Assembly (NCBI RefSeq): GCF_000306885.1
Contig: NC_018267.1
Span: 480,001 to 512,000 of the forward strand
Length of the DNA stretch: 32,000 bases
From: Wolbachia endosymbiont of Onchocerca ochengi
GTDB taxonomy: Bacteria > Pseudomonadota > Alphaproteobacteria > Rickettsiales > Anaplasmataceae
Direction: 5' to 3'
Part shown: positions 20,003-31,507 of the stretch, one piece after another
Position numbering within the stretch: the stretch's first letter is position 1
Layout: each line of letters starts with the position of its first letter
The notes under the pieces: model-generated
Seen by the model: the letters and a program-made list of their open reading frames with translations, nothing else
Databases searched by the model: none
Told to the model about the DNA's origin: nothing
Program-made: the position numbers and the translations under genes

Positions 20003-21430
20003 ATGAAATATTGTAAGTTCTTAGAGGAAGTATTGTATAGGGTAGGGAATATCGAGAATACACTAAAAGTGCTAAGTCAAAGTCAATTGAATGTAGAAGA
20101 TAAAATTGAACAAATGGGTCTCCTAGAAGAAATTAGACATGAAATTATTTCTCACGGCATAATAAAAGAGTTATTAATAAAAGCAGGTGCTTTTGATAGT
20201 GAAAAGAGTGCTAACAATTGGCAACTGAAGTTAGTAGAAAGAATGCATAAAAATAGCGGTGCTATCTCCATTGATTTAGTGAGGTCCTTATCCAAGGCTA
20301 AAGTTGAGTGCCAGAGTTTATGGAGGCTATCTAGATATGAAACTGGTAACTTAGGAAAATTAAAAAAATGCTTTGCTGATTTAATTAGACTCATTCGTGA
20401 AGTAGCTTCTATAAAGTCGCAGCAGTTAAAGTGTTTGAAATATGATTCATTACTTGCTGACTATGATTTTGATATTACAGAGAGGAATATAAGGGAAATA
20501 TTTCCTAAAGTAGGCAAGTTTTTTAGCAAAAATGTAGACAAAATAATTGAAAAGCAGAAGAGAGATAAAATTATTAATATACATAAAGTTGCTGCTCGGA
20601 AGCAAATTGAACTTGGTTCATTATGTTTACAGCAAATGGGTGGTACATTATGCCATACCTCTTATTATGGTCCTATAGATTATAACGAATCTGATTTTTG
20701 TTGCGGTTTGTTTTTACTTTTACGATATAGCGGTTATGAAATTTATCAAAAGTGTTTAGCACAAAATTCTGTAAATAACTTTATTGCCAAGCATGTTATA
20801 TATGAAACTCAAGGGTTATTTATGGAGAGAATGATTGGAACATCTAGAGAATTTATTGAGTTTATTCAACCATACATAAAAGAAAAATTTGCTATAAGAG
20901 GTAAAATTAATGCAAAAGCCAGTAGCATTGAGAATTTATATTTGATTTTCAATAAAATAAATCTTTCTTCCTCTTTAAAAAATGCAGATGAATTTAGTCT
21001 GTTAGCTCACATTATGCTAAGAACTAAATTAGAACAGAATATGATAAATGGTACGTTAGAGGTAGAAGATCTGCATGATGCATGGTTAGAAGGCATGAAG
21101 CACTATAAAATTCCGGTAGAAGCTGAAAATGAACTAGATACTTATTTTCAAGATGAATGTTGGGCAAGTGGAATTATGGGATATTTCCCTATTAAAGTTA
21201 TGGCTTTAATTGCTGCTGCACAGATTTTTTCTTTTATTAAAAAAAATCATTATGAAATTCTAGGTGCTATAATAAAGGGGGATTTTAGTTTACTCATTAA
21301 GTGGTTATCTAAAAATATGTACAGTAGAAAGTATAGTTCTTCAGATCTACTAAAAAAAATAACAGGTAAGTGGTTAGATGTTGAATGTTGTACTAGCTAC
21401 TTGTCTGAAAAGTATAATTTACCTCAATAA
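20003..21430 (+). CDS. Carboxypeptidase Taq (peptidase M32) family homolog lacking the HEXXH zinc site
   Basis: 475-aa ORF collinear with M32 blocks. HESQS..EN.VGRS..F reads YETQGLFMERMIGTSREF. IR.EADE..Y.LHI.LR.E.E reads LKNADEFSLLAHIMLRTKLE. LQD.HW..G.FGYFP reads FQDECWASGIMGYFP. The catalytic HETGHALYEQG position reads RYSGYEIYQKC (20723-20755). Confidence 0.65.
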   Translation: MKYCKFLEEVLYRVGNIENTLKVLSQSQLNVEDKIEQMGLLEEIRHEIISHGIIKELLIKAGAFDSEKSANNWQLKLVERMHKNSGAISIDLVRSLSKAKVECQSLWRLSRYETGNLGKLKKCFADLIRLIREVASIKSQQLKCLKYDSLLADYDFDITERNIREIFPKVGKFFSKNVDKIIEKQKRDKIINIHKVAARKQIELGSLCLQQMGGTLCHTSYYGPIDYNESDFCCGLFLLLRYSGYEIYQKCLAQNSVNNFIAKHVIYETQGLFMERMIGTSREFIEFIQPYIKEKFAIRGKINAKASSIENLYLIFNKINLSSSLKNADEFSLLAHIMLRTKLEQNMINGTLEVEDLHDAWLEGMKHYKIPVEAENELDTYFQDECWASGIMGYFPIKVMALIAAAQIFSFIKKNHYEILGAIIKGDFSLLIKWLSKNMYSRKYSSSDLLKKITGKWLDVECCTSYLSEKYNLPQ

Positions 21431-21433
21431 TAA

Positions 21434-22528
<1,095 letters not shown>

Positions 22529-22797
22529 TATTTGATATTGGTTGTCGGCATTTTTTAATTTTAAGGTTCTCAAGAAATATTTCTCGTTGTAAAGCCATAT
22601 ATAAATTGCACTAATTTTTTCAATTTTCATGTTGTTCTATATTATATCTATAGCTAAAATGTCTAGATTTACTTACAATTCAATAAGCATAAAACTTGTA
22701 GTTTTGCTTATTGCTTGTTAGTAAAGTCCATGCTGGGAACTAGGTGATATAGGAAAATTTGATCTATGTTAGCTATATTTAGTGAATTTAGGTAGCT

Positions 22798-23910
22798 GTG
22801 CTAAAGGAATTTAAGATTGAGCCTTTGTTAAGAGGTAAAGTTCCACAGCAAATTAAAGCTGTGATTGCAATGTCTGGTGGAGTTGATAGCTCTGTTGTTG
22901 CAGTGTTGCTACATCATCTTGGATACCAAGTGATAGGCATAACTCTTCGTCTATATGGTGGTGATGGTAATGTAAGAAAAGGTGCGTGCTGTGCTGGACA
23001 AGATATTTATGATGCAAAAAGTGTAGCTGAAAGCACTGGCTTTCCTCATTATATTTTAAACTACGAAGAAACATTTAGGGAAGAAGTAATAGAAGATTTT
23101 GTAAATACCTATATGCATGGAGAAACTCCTATACCATGTGTAAAGTGTAATCAAACAGTGAAATTTCGTGATCTATTACGGGTTGCAAAAAATCTTGGTG
23201 CGGATGTGTTAGTTACAGGACATTATGTGAGAAGAATAGAAAAAGATGGCAAAATAATGTTATATAAAAGCATTGATAAAAGTAAAGACCAAAGTTATTT
23301 TCTATTTGCTACGACAGAAGAGCAACTGAAGCTTTTGAGATTTCCTCTTGGTGGATTCTATAAATGTGATGTAAGAAAATTAGCGAAGTATTTTGGTTTA
23401 CGAATTTCTGAAAAGCCAGATAGTCAAGATATATGCTTCGTTTCCAAAAGCTATAGCAAAACTATAGCTAAGTTAGCTCCACAGTCTATGCAAAAAGGCA
23501 GGATTATGGATGTAAATGGGAAAGTACTAGGGGAACATAATGGTATAGTGAATTTCACAGTTGGTCAAAGAAAAGGCTTGGGTGTTTCATACAATGAACC
23601 TCTTTATGTGATAAAAATTAATACGGAAGGTAATGAAGTTGTAGTGGGCCCGGTTGACGCACTAATACAAAGAAAAGTATTGATTAAGGAGTTAAATTGG
23701 TTAGAACAGCCAAGGAAGGGTATGAAAGTAACTGTGAAACTTAGATCGTCACATGCGGGAAGTTTAGCAGCGATATATCCAATTGAAGAACAGAATAAAG
23801 CTTGTGTCATTTTAAACAATGATTACTTTGGTATTAGTCCAGGTCAAGCTTGTGTAGTATATAAAAATGAACAAGTTATCGGTGGTGGATGGATATGCTC
23901 CCTTATCTAA
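22798..23910 (+). CDS. mnmA: tRNA 2-thiouridine(34) synthase MnmA
   Basis: 370-aa ORF with a GTG start. PP-loop [10 protein letters not shown] and catalytic cysteines in PCVKCN and DSQDICF. Confidence 0.92.
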   Translation: MLKEFKIEPLLRGKVPQQIKAVIAMSGGVDSSVVAVLLHHLGYQVIGITLRLYGGDGNVRKGACCAGQDIYDAKSVAESTGFPHYILNYEETFREEVIEDFVNTYMHGETPIPCVKCNQTVKFRDLLRVAKNLGADVLVTGHYVRRIEKDGKIMLYKSIDKSKDQSYFLFATTEEQLKLLRFPLGGFYKCDVRKLAKYFGLRISEKPDSQDICFVSKSYSKTIAKLAPQSMQKGRIMDVNGKVLGEHNGIVNFTVGQRKGLGVSYNEPLYVIKINTEGNEVVVGPVDALIQRKVLIKELNWLEQPRKGMKVTVKLRSSHAGSLAAIYPIEEQNKACVILNNDYFGISPGQACVVYKNEQVIGGGWICSLI

Positions 23911-24489
23911 AAGATTTTATGGTACTAGAGGTGTTCACAGACTAGTAAAATTAAGTAAAATTTCTTTTACCATAACCTTAGTTACAGCAAGATATGTAAA
24001 ATTTTCAGTGGATGTTGTGACAAAATCTTATTTCTATTGATAGGAGCTTCCTGTTTCTGTTGATCCAAGCAGAAGGCTTTTCTGCAATTTGCCTTCTTAG
24101 CTGTTTTTTAAATCTTTACTTTATTATTGATAGCAACTTAGGTAGTGTATCTCTGTGTATCTAAAGTCTACTATGCTTTTTTCTTGCTTTTTACTTTTCT
24201 ACTCTCATCGTAGCCTTTAGCTTTTCTGCTGTTTTAACAGATTAACTTTTACTTATACGAGGGTTGAATATTCATTTTTTCCTGTTTTCTTTTAAATTAT
24301 GTTTGAAAATTCATAATTTAATTTTTCAAGGATTTCTGCTTTTTTCATTCCTAAAATTATTAATCTATTACTTTAAAAAGTAAATACTCAACTTTAAATA
24401 TCATTATGATATTTTACTTAAAATAAATCTATGTTTGCATAGTAGGTTTGTATGCACTATTATTATAGCTAGTTTTATGGTAAACAAGT

Positions 24490-25254
24490 ATGGCAAAGTT
24501 ATTTGCATTATTGGTAATATTTTACTCGAATATATCAATTGCTTCTGTTCCTACTTCTTGGCAATTTGGGTTTCCTGCACCTGCGACTGAGATAATGGAG
24601 ATTGTAGTTAAGTCGCATTCGTTTGTAATGAGTATAATGGTGGGAATAATGCTTTTTGTATGGGCGCTGCTTGTTTATGTAATATTTCGCTTTCGCAAAA
24701 GCAAAATAACAAATATAAGTCGAACGAATCATAACATCATTTTAGAAATTATCTGGTTTGTTATACCAACGATTATTGTTGGTGTATTGGCTTTTAAAAA
24801 TGCCCAATTAGTTAAACTGCAAGAAAAGGTACCAAAGTCTGATATGACACTAAAAGTTATTGGCCACCAGTGGTATTGGAACTATCAGTATCCAGAACAT
24901 CAAGGTATATCATTTGATAGCTACATTAAGGGAACAGATGATTTTACCGAAGAAGATTTGAGGTTATTTTCTGTTGATAATAATGTTGTTTTACCTATTA
25001 GTACTAATATTCGTTTACAGGTTACTGCAGGAGATGTAATACATAGCTGGGGAGTACCAGCTTTCGGTGTAAAAATTGATGCAATACCAGGTAGACTAAA
25101 TGAGGCGTGGTTCAATATCAAAAAACCTGGTGTTTACTATGGTCAATGTTATGAGTTGTGCGGTCAAGGTCATGGTTTTATGCCAATTGTTGTTAAGGCA
25201 GTGAGTAAGGAAGATTTTAATGAGTGGATTGAAAGTAAAAAATTAGTAAGTTAG
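24490..25254 (+). CDS. coxB: Cytochrome c oxidase subunit II
   Basis: 254-aa ORF. Two N-terminal TMs and the CuA centre HSWGVPAFG...CYELCGQGHGFMP. Confidence 0.95.
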   Translation: MAKLFALLVIFYSNISIASVPTSWQFGFPAPATEIMEIVVKSHSFVMSIMVGIMLFVWALLVYVIFRFRKSKITNISRTNHNIILEIIWFVIPTIIVGVLAFKNAQLVKLQEKVPKSDMTLKVIGHQWYWNYQYPEHQGISFDSYIKGTDDFTEEDLRLFSVDNNVVLPISTNIRLQVTAGDVIHSWGVPAFGVKIDAIPGRLNEAWFNIKKPGVYYGQCYELCGQGHGFMPIVVKAVSKEDFNEWIESKKLVS

Positions 25255-25269
25255 GTTTGGAGTATAGGT

Positions 25270-26820
25270 ATGAGTGATATATCAAAGGGTGTAAGACGTT
25301 GGTTACTTTCTACTAATCACAAAGATATAGGTACATTATACATTGTTTTTTCTATATTAGCTGGAATCATTGGTGGATTGTTGTCAATAGCTATTCGTAC
25401 TCAGCTAATGCATATTAATATATTAAATAGTAACTACCAATTATATAACGTAATAGTTACAGGACATGCAGTAATAATGGTATTTTTTATGATAATGCCA
25501 GCTCTGATGGGAGGATTTGGTAATTGGTTTGTACCTCTTATGATTGGTTCACCAGATATGGCATTTCCTCGTATGAATAATTTAAGCTTTTGGTTATTAG
25601 TGTCGTCTTTTATTCTACTTATTCTTTCGGTGTTTGCTGGTGAAGGCCCTGGAACAGGATGGACTTTATACCCACCTTTGTCGCAAATCATGTTCCACCC
25701 AGGTGCAGGGGTTGACCTTGCTATATTTGCACTTCATGTCGCTGGTATCTCCTCAATTGTTGGAGCAATCAACTTTATAGTTACTATATTCAATATGCGT
25801 GCAAAAGGCATGTCATTAACCAAGATGCCACTATTTGTTTGGTCTATTTTATTGACGTCGTTTATGTTAATTATTGCTTTACCTGTACTTGCTGGTGCTA
25901 TAACTATGCTACTTGCTGATCGTAATATTGGCACTTCCTTTTTTGATCCTGCTGGTGGTGGTGATCCTGTATTATTTCAACATCTATTTTGGTTTTTTGG
26001 TCATCCAGAAGTTTATATCATTATTTTTCCTGCATTTGGCATCATAAGCCAAGTTGTGTCAACTTTTTCTCGTAGACCAGTGTTTGGTTATATGGGGATG
26101 GTTTATGCTATGATAGGTATAGCAACGTTTGGCTTTATAGTCTGGGCTCACCATATGTTCACTGTTGGACTTAGTGAAGATGCTATTATATTTTTTAGTA
26201 CTGGCACAATTTTCATTGGTGTTATCACTGGTGTCAAAGTCTTTAGTTGGATTGCAACTATGTGGGGTGGAGCAGTTGAGTTTAAAACTCCTATGCTGTT
26301 TGCACTAGGTTTTATTTTCATGTTTATTATCGGTGGTGTAACTGGGATAATTTCATCTCAAGGTGGAGTGGATAGATTATTACACGACACATATTATATT
26401 GTTGCTCACTTCCATTATGTTATGTCGATAGCTGTATTGTTTGGAGCCTTTGCTGGCTTTTATTATTGGATAGGTAAAATGTCTGGTAAGCAGTATAATG
26501 AATGCCTAGGAAAAATACACTTTTGGTTTACTTTTATTAGTACTAATATCACATTTTTGCCTCAGCATTTCTTAGGGTTAGCTGGTATGCCAAGGCGTAT
26601 ACCTGATTATCCTGATGCATTTATTTTTTGGAATTATGTATCCTCAGTTGGTTCATATATGTCCTTTATTTCAGTTATACTTTTTGTGTTTATAGTTATA
26701 CATCTATTCAAATGGGGTAAAAAAGTTGGAGATAACCCTTGGGGAGGTGACACCTTAGAGTGGACAGTATCTTCACCGCCACCTTTTCACACTTTTGAAA
26801 AACCACCAGTAATAAAATAG
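25270..26820 (+). CDS. coxA: Cytochrome c oxidase subunit I
   Basis: 516-aa ORF with canonical heme-copper oxidase motifs ([14 protein letters not shown], the 12-TM pattern). It contains the sites 25760-25780 and 26227-26246 discussed in the findings. Confidence 0.97.
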   Translation: MSDISKGVRRWLLSTNHKDIGTLYIVFSILAGIIGGLLSIAIRTQLMHINILNSNYQLYNVIVTGHAVIMVFFMIMPALMGGFGNWFVPLMIGSPDMAFPRMNNLSFWLLVSSFILLILSVFAGEGPGTGWTLYPPLSQIMFHPGAGVDLAIFALHVAGISSIVGAINFIVTIFNMRAKGMSLTKMPLFVWSILLTSFMLIIALPVLAGAITMLLADRNIGTSFFDPAGGGDPVLFQHLFWFFGHPEVYIIIFPAFGIISQVVSTFSRRPVFGYMGMVYAMIGIATFGFIVWAHHMFTVGLSEDAIIFFSTGTIFIGVITGVKVFSWIATMWGGAVEFKTPMLFALGFIFMFIIGGVTGIISSQGGVDRLLHDTYYIVAHFHYVMSIAVLFGAFAGFYYWIGKMSGKQYNECLGKIHFWFTFISTNITFLPQHFLGLAGMPRRIPDYPDAFIFWNYVSSVGSYMSFISVILFVFIVIHLFKWGKKVGDNPWGGDTLEWTVSSPPPFHTFEKPPVIK

Positions 26821-26821
26821 G

Positions 26822-27709
26822 ATGCATACAAGTACTTTGTTAAATGTTGAATCAACAATACTGGATTTTTGGCGCTTGCTGAAGCCAAGGATAATATACC
26901 TTGTAGTATTTACTGCAGTTGCTGGAATGGTTGCTGCACCAGGTAATATACATCCTTTTCTTGCGCTAATATCTATTATATGTATTGCCCTTGGCTCAGG
27001 ATCTGCAGGTGCCATAAATATGTGGTATGATAGGGACATAGATCTGCTTATGAAAAGGACACAAGATCGTCCTATACCTTCAGGTAGAGTCTCTGCGGAA
27101 AGTGCTCTTGAATTTGGTATAATTCTTGGAGTATTGTCAGTATTTATTATGGCAATAGCAGTGAATTATATTTCTGCTGCTTTACTTGCAATTGGCATAT
27201 TGTTTTACGTTTTTATATATACGATTTGGCTTAAAAGACGCACTCCACAAAATATCGTTGTCGGTGGTGTATCAGGTGCTTTCCCCCCAATGATTGGTTG
27301 GGCAGCCGTAACTAACTCTGTAAGTTGGGAAAGTTTTATATTATTTTTGATAATTTTCATGTGGACTCCACCACATTTTTGGGCTCTATCTCTGAATAAA
27401 TCTGAGGAATATGTGAAAGTGTCAATCCCAATGTTTAATATTGTTTACGGCTCAGAGAAAACAAGAAAACGTATATTGATCTATAGTATATTGTTAGTAT
27501 TAACCAGCTTACTTCCATCATTATTTTTGAAAAAGGTTTTGCTTTACCTAACTATAGCAATTCTTGAGGGTTGTGTTTTTATTTGGTATGCTATATCTAT
27601 TATTAGATTTAAAAGTCATAGCTCACAGAGAAAAATGTTTTCTTATTCGATTTCTTACCTATTTTCTCTGTTTGCTAGTATTATTTTTTGTTCCGTTGAT
27701 TGGTTTTAG
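26822..27709 (+). CDS. ctaB: Protoheme IX farnesyltransferase (heme O synthase)
   Basis: 295-aa polytopic UbiA-family ORF ([24 protein letters not shown]). One nt separates the coxA stop from this start. Confidence 0.92.
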   Translation: MHTSTLLNVESTILDFWRLLKPRIIYLVVFTAVAGMVAAPGNIHPFLALISIICIALGSGSAGAINMWYDRDIDLLMKRTQDRPIPSGRVSAESALEFGIILGVLSVFIMAIAVNYISAALLAIGILFYVFIYTIWLKRRTPQNIVVGGVSGAFPPMIGWAAVTNSVSWESFILFLIIFMWTPPHFWALSLNKSEEYVKVSIPMFNIVYGSEKTRKRILIYSILLVLTSLLPSLFLKKVLLYLTIAILEGCVFIWYAISIIRFKSHSSQRKMFSYSISYLFSLFASIIFCSVDWF

Positions 27710-27711
27710 CT

Positions 27712-27819
27712 ATGAAGGAACAGCAGAAACACAAAAACTACTTTTTACTTTCTCTCCTGGTAGTGCTCATTGTTGTGCTTTTTTTTGTTTCTATAATAAA
27801 ATTTAAAGGTACAGCTTAA
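27712..27819 (+). CDS. Candidate 35-aa single-TM protein immediately after ctaB (CoxF-like small ORF)
   Basis: ATG lies 2 nt after the ctaB stop. It reads MKEQQKHKNYFLLSLLVVLIVVLFFVSIIKFKGTA-stop: a charged N-terminus, one TM and a basic tail. The position matches the small ORF found between ctaB and ctaG in other alphaproteobacterial cox clusters. It is below the 60-aa cutoff of the ORF track, and no clear SD is visible. Confidence 0.45.
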   Translation: MKEQQKHKNYFLLSLLVVLIVVLFFVSIIKFKGTA

Positions 27820-27899
27820 ATTACCTTGTCCTGTAAGTTTCATTAAAATTGTGCTTTCATAGAAGCAGCTATATACTTTATTAGTTTATATAGTTAAAA

Positions 27900-28337
27900 A
27901 TGAATAAGAAAGAAGTAACAATATATACAGATGGAGCATGTTCTGGTAATCCAGGAACAGGAGGATGGGCAGTAATAGTATTATTTAAAGGACATAGAAA
28001 GAATATTTATGGTAGAGAGAAAAATACTACAAATAATAAAATGGAATTAACAGCGGTGATCAATGGACTGAGGGCATTGAAATTTCCTTGTAATATTAAT
28101 TTGTATACAGATAGCCTTTATGTTAAACGTGGTATAACAGAATGGATAAATAAGTGGAAAACAAACGGTTGGAAGACAAGTAATAAAAAGTCAGTAAAGA
28201 ACGTAGAATTATGGAAAGAGTTAGATAATGCTGCCTCACAACACGAGATTAATTGGAAATGGGTTAAAGCGCATAGTTGTAACAAGCACAACGAGGAGGC
28301 CGATAATTTAGCAAGAAAAGCAATAATCGATGCTTAA
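27900..28337 (+). CDS. rnhA: Ribonuclease HI
   Basis: 145-aa ORF with all DEDD catalytic residues in context (IYTDGAC, NNKMELTAV, LYTDSLYV, NEEADNLA). Confidence 0.93.
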   Translation: MNKKEVTIYTDGACSGNPGTGGWAVIVLFKGHRKNIYGREKNTTNNKMELTAVINGLRALKFPCNINLYTDSLYVKRGITEWINKWKTNGWKTSNKKSVKNVELWKELDNAASQHEINWKWVKAHSCNKHNEEADNLARKAIIDA

Positions 28338-31300
28338 GAAAATCACTATATTATTTTCTATAGTTTTGTTATTTATATTTTGCTTTTTTATTTTGTTTAA
28401 AGGTAGAGATCCTTTAGAAATCAATGCTAATTATATTAATTTCTATATAAAAAAGAAGATATTAAGAACGTTTGCTAATGCAAATATCAATATGGGGAAT
28501 ATTTCAGTTGTATGGCAGAAAGGCGGCAAAGATCCATGCCTAGTTATTACAGATTTTAAAGTAGCAAATCCTAATTTTGCTATAAAAATTTCCAACTTTT
28601 CTATATATTTTAAGTTAAGCTCCTTACTTAAGACTAATATACAATTTTCTCAGGTTTTGGCTGATAAAGTATATGTAGATATTTGGCCTATCGCTGTCAT
28701 TCCAGCGCGTAACTCTAGAATCCAAGAAAAAAAAGAATGGATCTCAGTACCAGTCGCTTGGATGACAACAGACTGGACTACTAATAATAAGAAAAAAGCT
28801 GGCTTCAAAGAGGTTGATTTTAATTTTCAAAATTCTTTGAAAGTGATGAGGGAGTTATTTTTTAACTTAAGTGCAGATTCAAAGATTGAAATTACTAATA
28901 TTGCTATCAGTAAAGATATAAAAAATGAATTTTTTATTAATAAAATATATGTAGGGAAGGGAGAGGATTTTGATGTTTTGGATATTTATGTCCACACAAA
29001 AGATAAAAGAGGGGTTTTGGATGATTTATCTATTGTGATAAAAAATCGCAATGGTTTATTAAATGTGAGTGGGACATTCTATAACTTGAAATTGGAATTA
29101 TTAAATAAGTTTCTTACGTTAGTTAAAAATTACAGTTTGGGTAAAAACATAGGCTTCAAAGGAAGCTTTTCAATGAAGATCAACGGAAAGGATGAAGTTG
29201 TAGACGGAAATGTATATATATTGGATATAGGAAATCATTTAAATGAAGACTTATCCATAGCTAACGTAAATATAAATTTAATATATGCTAATGGAATCAT
29301 TAATGTGAAGAATTTCCATTTTAATTTATATGATATATATATATCTTTAATGGGTAAGATGAACTTTAGTACAAGTAATGCTCTGCTTAGGGTTAATATT
29401 AGTAAATTTGCTGCAAGGGATTTATGTACCTATGTACCAGATGGTATAGTAAATAGTAAATTTAAAAAATGGTATTGTCGTAATATTGATGGGTATATTG
29501 TGAATACAGTTATAAGTTTTAACGGCAAAGTCAATAACTTAATTAATAATAATCTATCAGATGTTGTGGTTGTTGCTGATATAGAGAACGGTAGTATAAA
29601 ATTTGATGAAGGCTCTAAACAAGTAAAGGAATTAAACGGTGACTTAGCTCTCAGAAATAACAATCTTAAAATTACTGTAAATAGTGCTAAATTTCAGAAT
29701 TTTACTATTGATGATGGTTACGTTGAAATGGATTCTCTCAATAAAGAAGATTCAGTTCTTGTTATTAATGGCAAAGCTGTGAGTGATGCCTATGGGTTGT
29801 ATGAGCATGTTAAATTCAAGCTAGATGATATTATTGAAGTTACAAAGGATAAGATAGATGGAAAGGTAAAATCTGTATTCAATTTCCGTGTTTTTAATCT
29901 GAACGCTGATGACAAAAAAGCAGACTTTTCAGCTAACTTCTATTCTAAAATTGACAATTTAGTTATCTGTGATGTAAGTCTTGGTAAGTATGATGTTAAG
30001 CTTGATTTTGGTAAAGATTTCATTAATTTACGTGGAAATGGTATGGTAAATAATACACAGCTAGTATTTGATCTAAAAAGTAGCAACAAAAATAGAAGTT
30101 TTACTTGGAATTTGACCGGAGATTTACCTGCTAAAATACTTAATTTTGGTGGTGGCTATGTCAATACAAACATAGAGTCAGTGATAAATCAAGATAAGAC
30201 TGGGTATATTAATGGTAACGTGGATTTATCAGAGCTTGAATCGCATTCAAGCTACTTAGGGCGAAAAAATCATTTTGAGGATCACAATAAGATTTTATTT
30301 TCTACAAGGTTAAAAGGAGCAGGTGAGTTACTAATAGATAAATTAGATGTCATAGGAAGTGGCTTGGATATAAAATTTAGCGGAAAATTAGAAAATGGGA
30401 ATTTATATCTAAACTCTAGCAACTTCAAACTACCAGATAATAACTTGAGTGTAGAGATTGAATTAGGTAAAGGGAAAAATATCATAACTATCTATGGTGA
30501 GAAAATGAACTTGGGTGATATCTTGGATTTGCTTGGCAAAGATAGTAATGGATTAAGCAGTGACATAGAAGTTGGTATGGATATTGATAACGTAGTTATG
30601 AAAGAAGATATCATTATTAAAAATGTTAAGCTGAATTTAACTTGTACTAAAGGTGATTGCAGTGGAAGTCGATTTACAGGACAGTTTTTGAAAGATAATG
30701 GTGATATACTAGCAGAGTATAGTGGAATAGGTCTTGAAATATATACGGATAATTCAGGCATACTTTTGCGTTCTTTAGGCATTAGTAAATCAATTAAAAA
30801 TGGCAAATTATCTTTTTATCTATCTCCTCAGAGAAAGAGTGGAGACCATTATGGTATGTTATCCATTAGTAATTTCTACGTCAAAGATGCTCCACTACTT
30901 ACTACTTTGTTGTCGATGTCTTCATTACCTGGTATTGTGAACGTCATAAAGAATGAAGGTGTATATTTTGATAAGTGTAACGTACCTTTTTCATACAAAG
31001 ATGGTACTATTGAGATTGAAGAGTCCTGGCTTGAAGGAGCAGAATTAGGCATTAGCACCAGTGGTAAGTTCGATATTAAAGATCATAAGTTTCAGGTTGA
31101 AGGACAAGTAATACCAGCGTACTCAATTAATAAATCTCTATTAAAAATTCCTATAATTGGAAAACTTCTTACTGGTGGAAAAAGTAGAGGAATTATTTCA
31201 ATAGACTATAAAGCAAGTGGTGATGATAAAAATAGTAATGTATCTGTTAACCCTATCTTTTCGTTAACTCCAAGCCTATTTAAGAGATTGTTGGAAGTGT

Positions 31301-31380
31301 TTGATCGTGCTATGACAAAAACTAACGAGGCTATCACCAGAGGCATAAAAGGCAGTCTAAAAAGGAAATTCACCTTCTAG
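28330..31380 (+). CDS. Large AsmA/YhdP-like (DUF3971-type) envelope protein, N-terminally membrane-anchored
   Basis: 1016-aa ORF whose start overlaps the rnhA stop by 8 nt. N-terminal TM ITILFSIVLLFIFCFFILF, then a long Asn/Lys/Ile-rich beta-prone body. The C-terminal block IPAYSINKSLLKIPIIGKLLTGGKSRGIISIDYKASG...VNPIFSLTP resembles the AsmA-like C-terminal region. The family call is made by pattern only. Confidence 0.55.
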   Translation: MLKKITILFSIVLLFIFCFFILFKGRDPLEINANYINFYIKKKILRTFANANINMGNISVVWQKGGKDPCLVITDFKVANPNFAIKISNFSIYFKLSSLLKTNIQFSQVLADKVYVDIWPIAVIPARNSRIQEKKEWISVPVAWMTTDWTTNNKKKAGFKEVDFNFQNSLKVMRELFFNLSADSKIEITNIAISKDIKNEFFINKIYVGKGEDFDVLDIYVHTKDKRGVLDDLSIVIKNRNGLLNVSGTFYNLKLELLNKFLTLVKNYSLGKNIGFKGSFSMKINGKDEVVDGNVYILDIGNHLNEDLSIANVNINLIYANGIINVKNFHFNLYDIYISLMGKMNFSTSNALLRVNISKFAARDLCTYVPDGIVNSKFKKWYCRNIDGYIVNTVISFNGKVNNLINNNLSDVVVVADIENGSIKFDEGSKQVKELNGDLALRNNNLKITVNSAKFQNFTIDDGYVEMDSLNKEDSVLVINGKAVSDAYGLYEHVKFKLDDIIEVTKDKIDGKVKSVFNFRVFNLNADDKKADFSANFYSKIDNLVICDVSLGKYDVKLDFGKDFINLRGNGMVNNTQLVFDLKSSNKNRSFTWNLTGDLPAKILNFGGGYVNTNIESVINQDKTGYINGNVDLSELESHSSYLGRKNHFEDHNKILFSTRLKGAGELLIDKLDVIGSGLDIKFSGKLENGNLYLNSSNFKLPDNNLSVEIELGKGKNIITIYGEKMNLGDILDLLGKDSNGLSSDIEVGMDIDNVVMKEDIIIKNVKLNLTCTKGDCSGSRFTGQFLKDNGDILAEYSGIGLEIYTDNSGILLRSLGISKSIKNGKLSFYLSPQRKSGDHYGMLSISNFYVKDAPLLTTLLSMSSLPGIVNVIKNEGVYFDKCNVPFSYKDGTIEIEESWLEGAELGISTSGKFDIKDHKFQVEGQVIPAYSINKSLLKIPIIGKLLTGGKSRGIISIDYKASGDDKNSNVSVNPIFSLTPSLFKRLLEVFDRAMTKTNEAITRGIKGSLKRKFTF
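28696..28766 (+). repeat. About 71-bp GC-rich nested palindromic element embedded in frame in the AsmA-like gene
   Basis: GTCATTCCAG...CTTGGATGAC terminal inverted repeats match 8/10, with inner imperfect hairpins ATTCCAG/CTAGAAT and ATCCA/TGGAT. My count is 31/71 G+C, against a much more AT-rich host gene. It encodes ..VIPARNSRIQEKKEWISVPVAWMT.. The GTCATTCC..GGAATCCAG / 'VIPA..GIQ' pattern is the hallmark of Rickettsiales palindromic elements. Confidence 0.55.
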
Positions 31381-31507
31381 GGTTATGAGACTAAAAAAAT
31401 GTTATTCTGTTATTGAAATATAGATAATAGATAATATGCTTATGCTCTACTTGAGTGCTCACATACGCTATAAAAAGAAGTATTTAAGCTCTATTTTTTA
31501 TTTTCCA

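Noticed and set aside
29430-31058. Four minus-strand ORFs (29430, 30282, 30492, 30876) inside the AsmA-like gene
   Set aside because: They are antisense shadows of a 1016-codon ORF in Lys/Asn/Ile-rich sequence, with no motifs.
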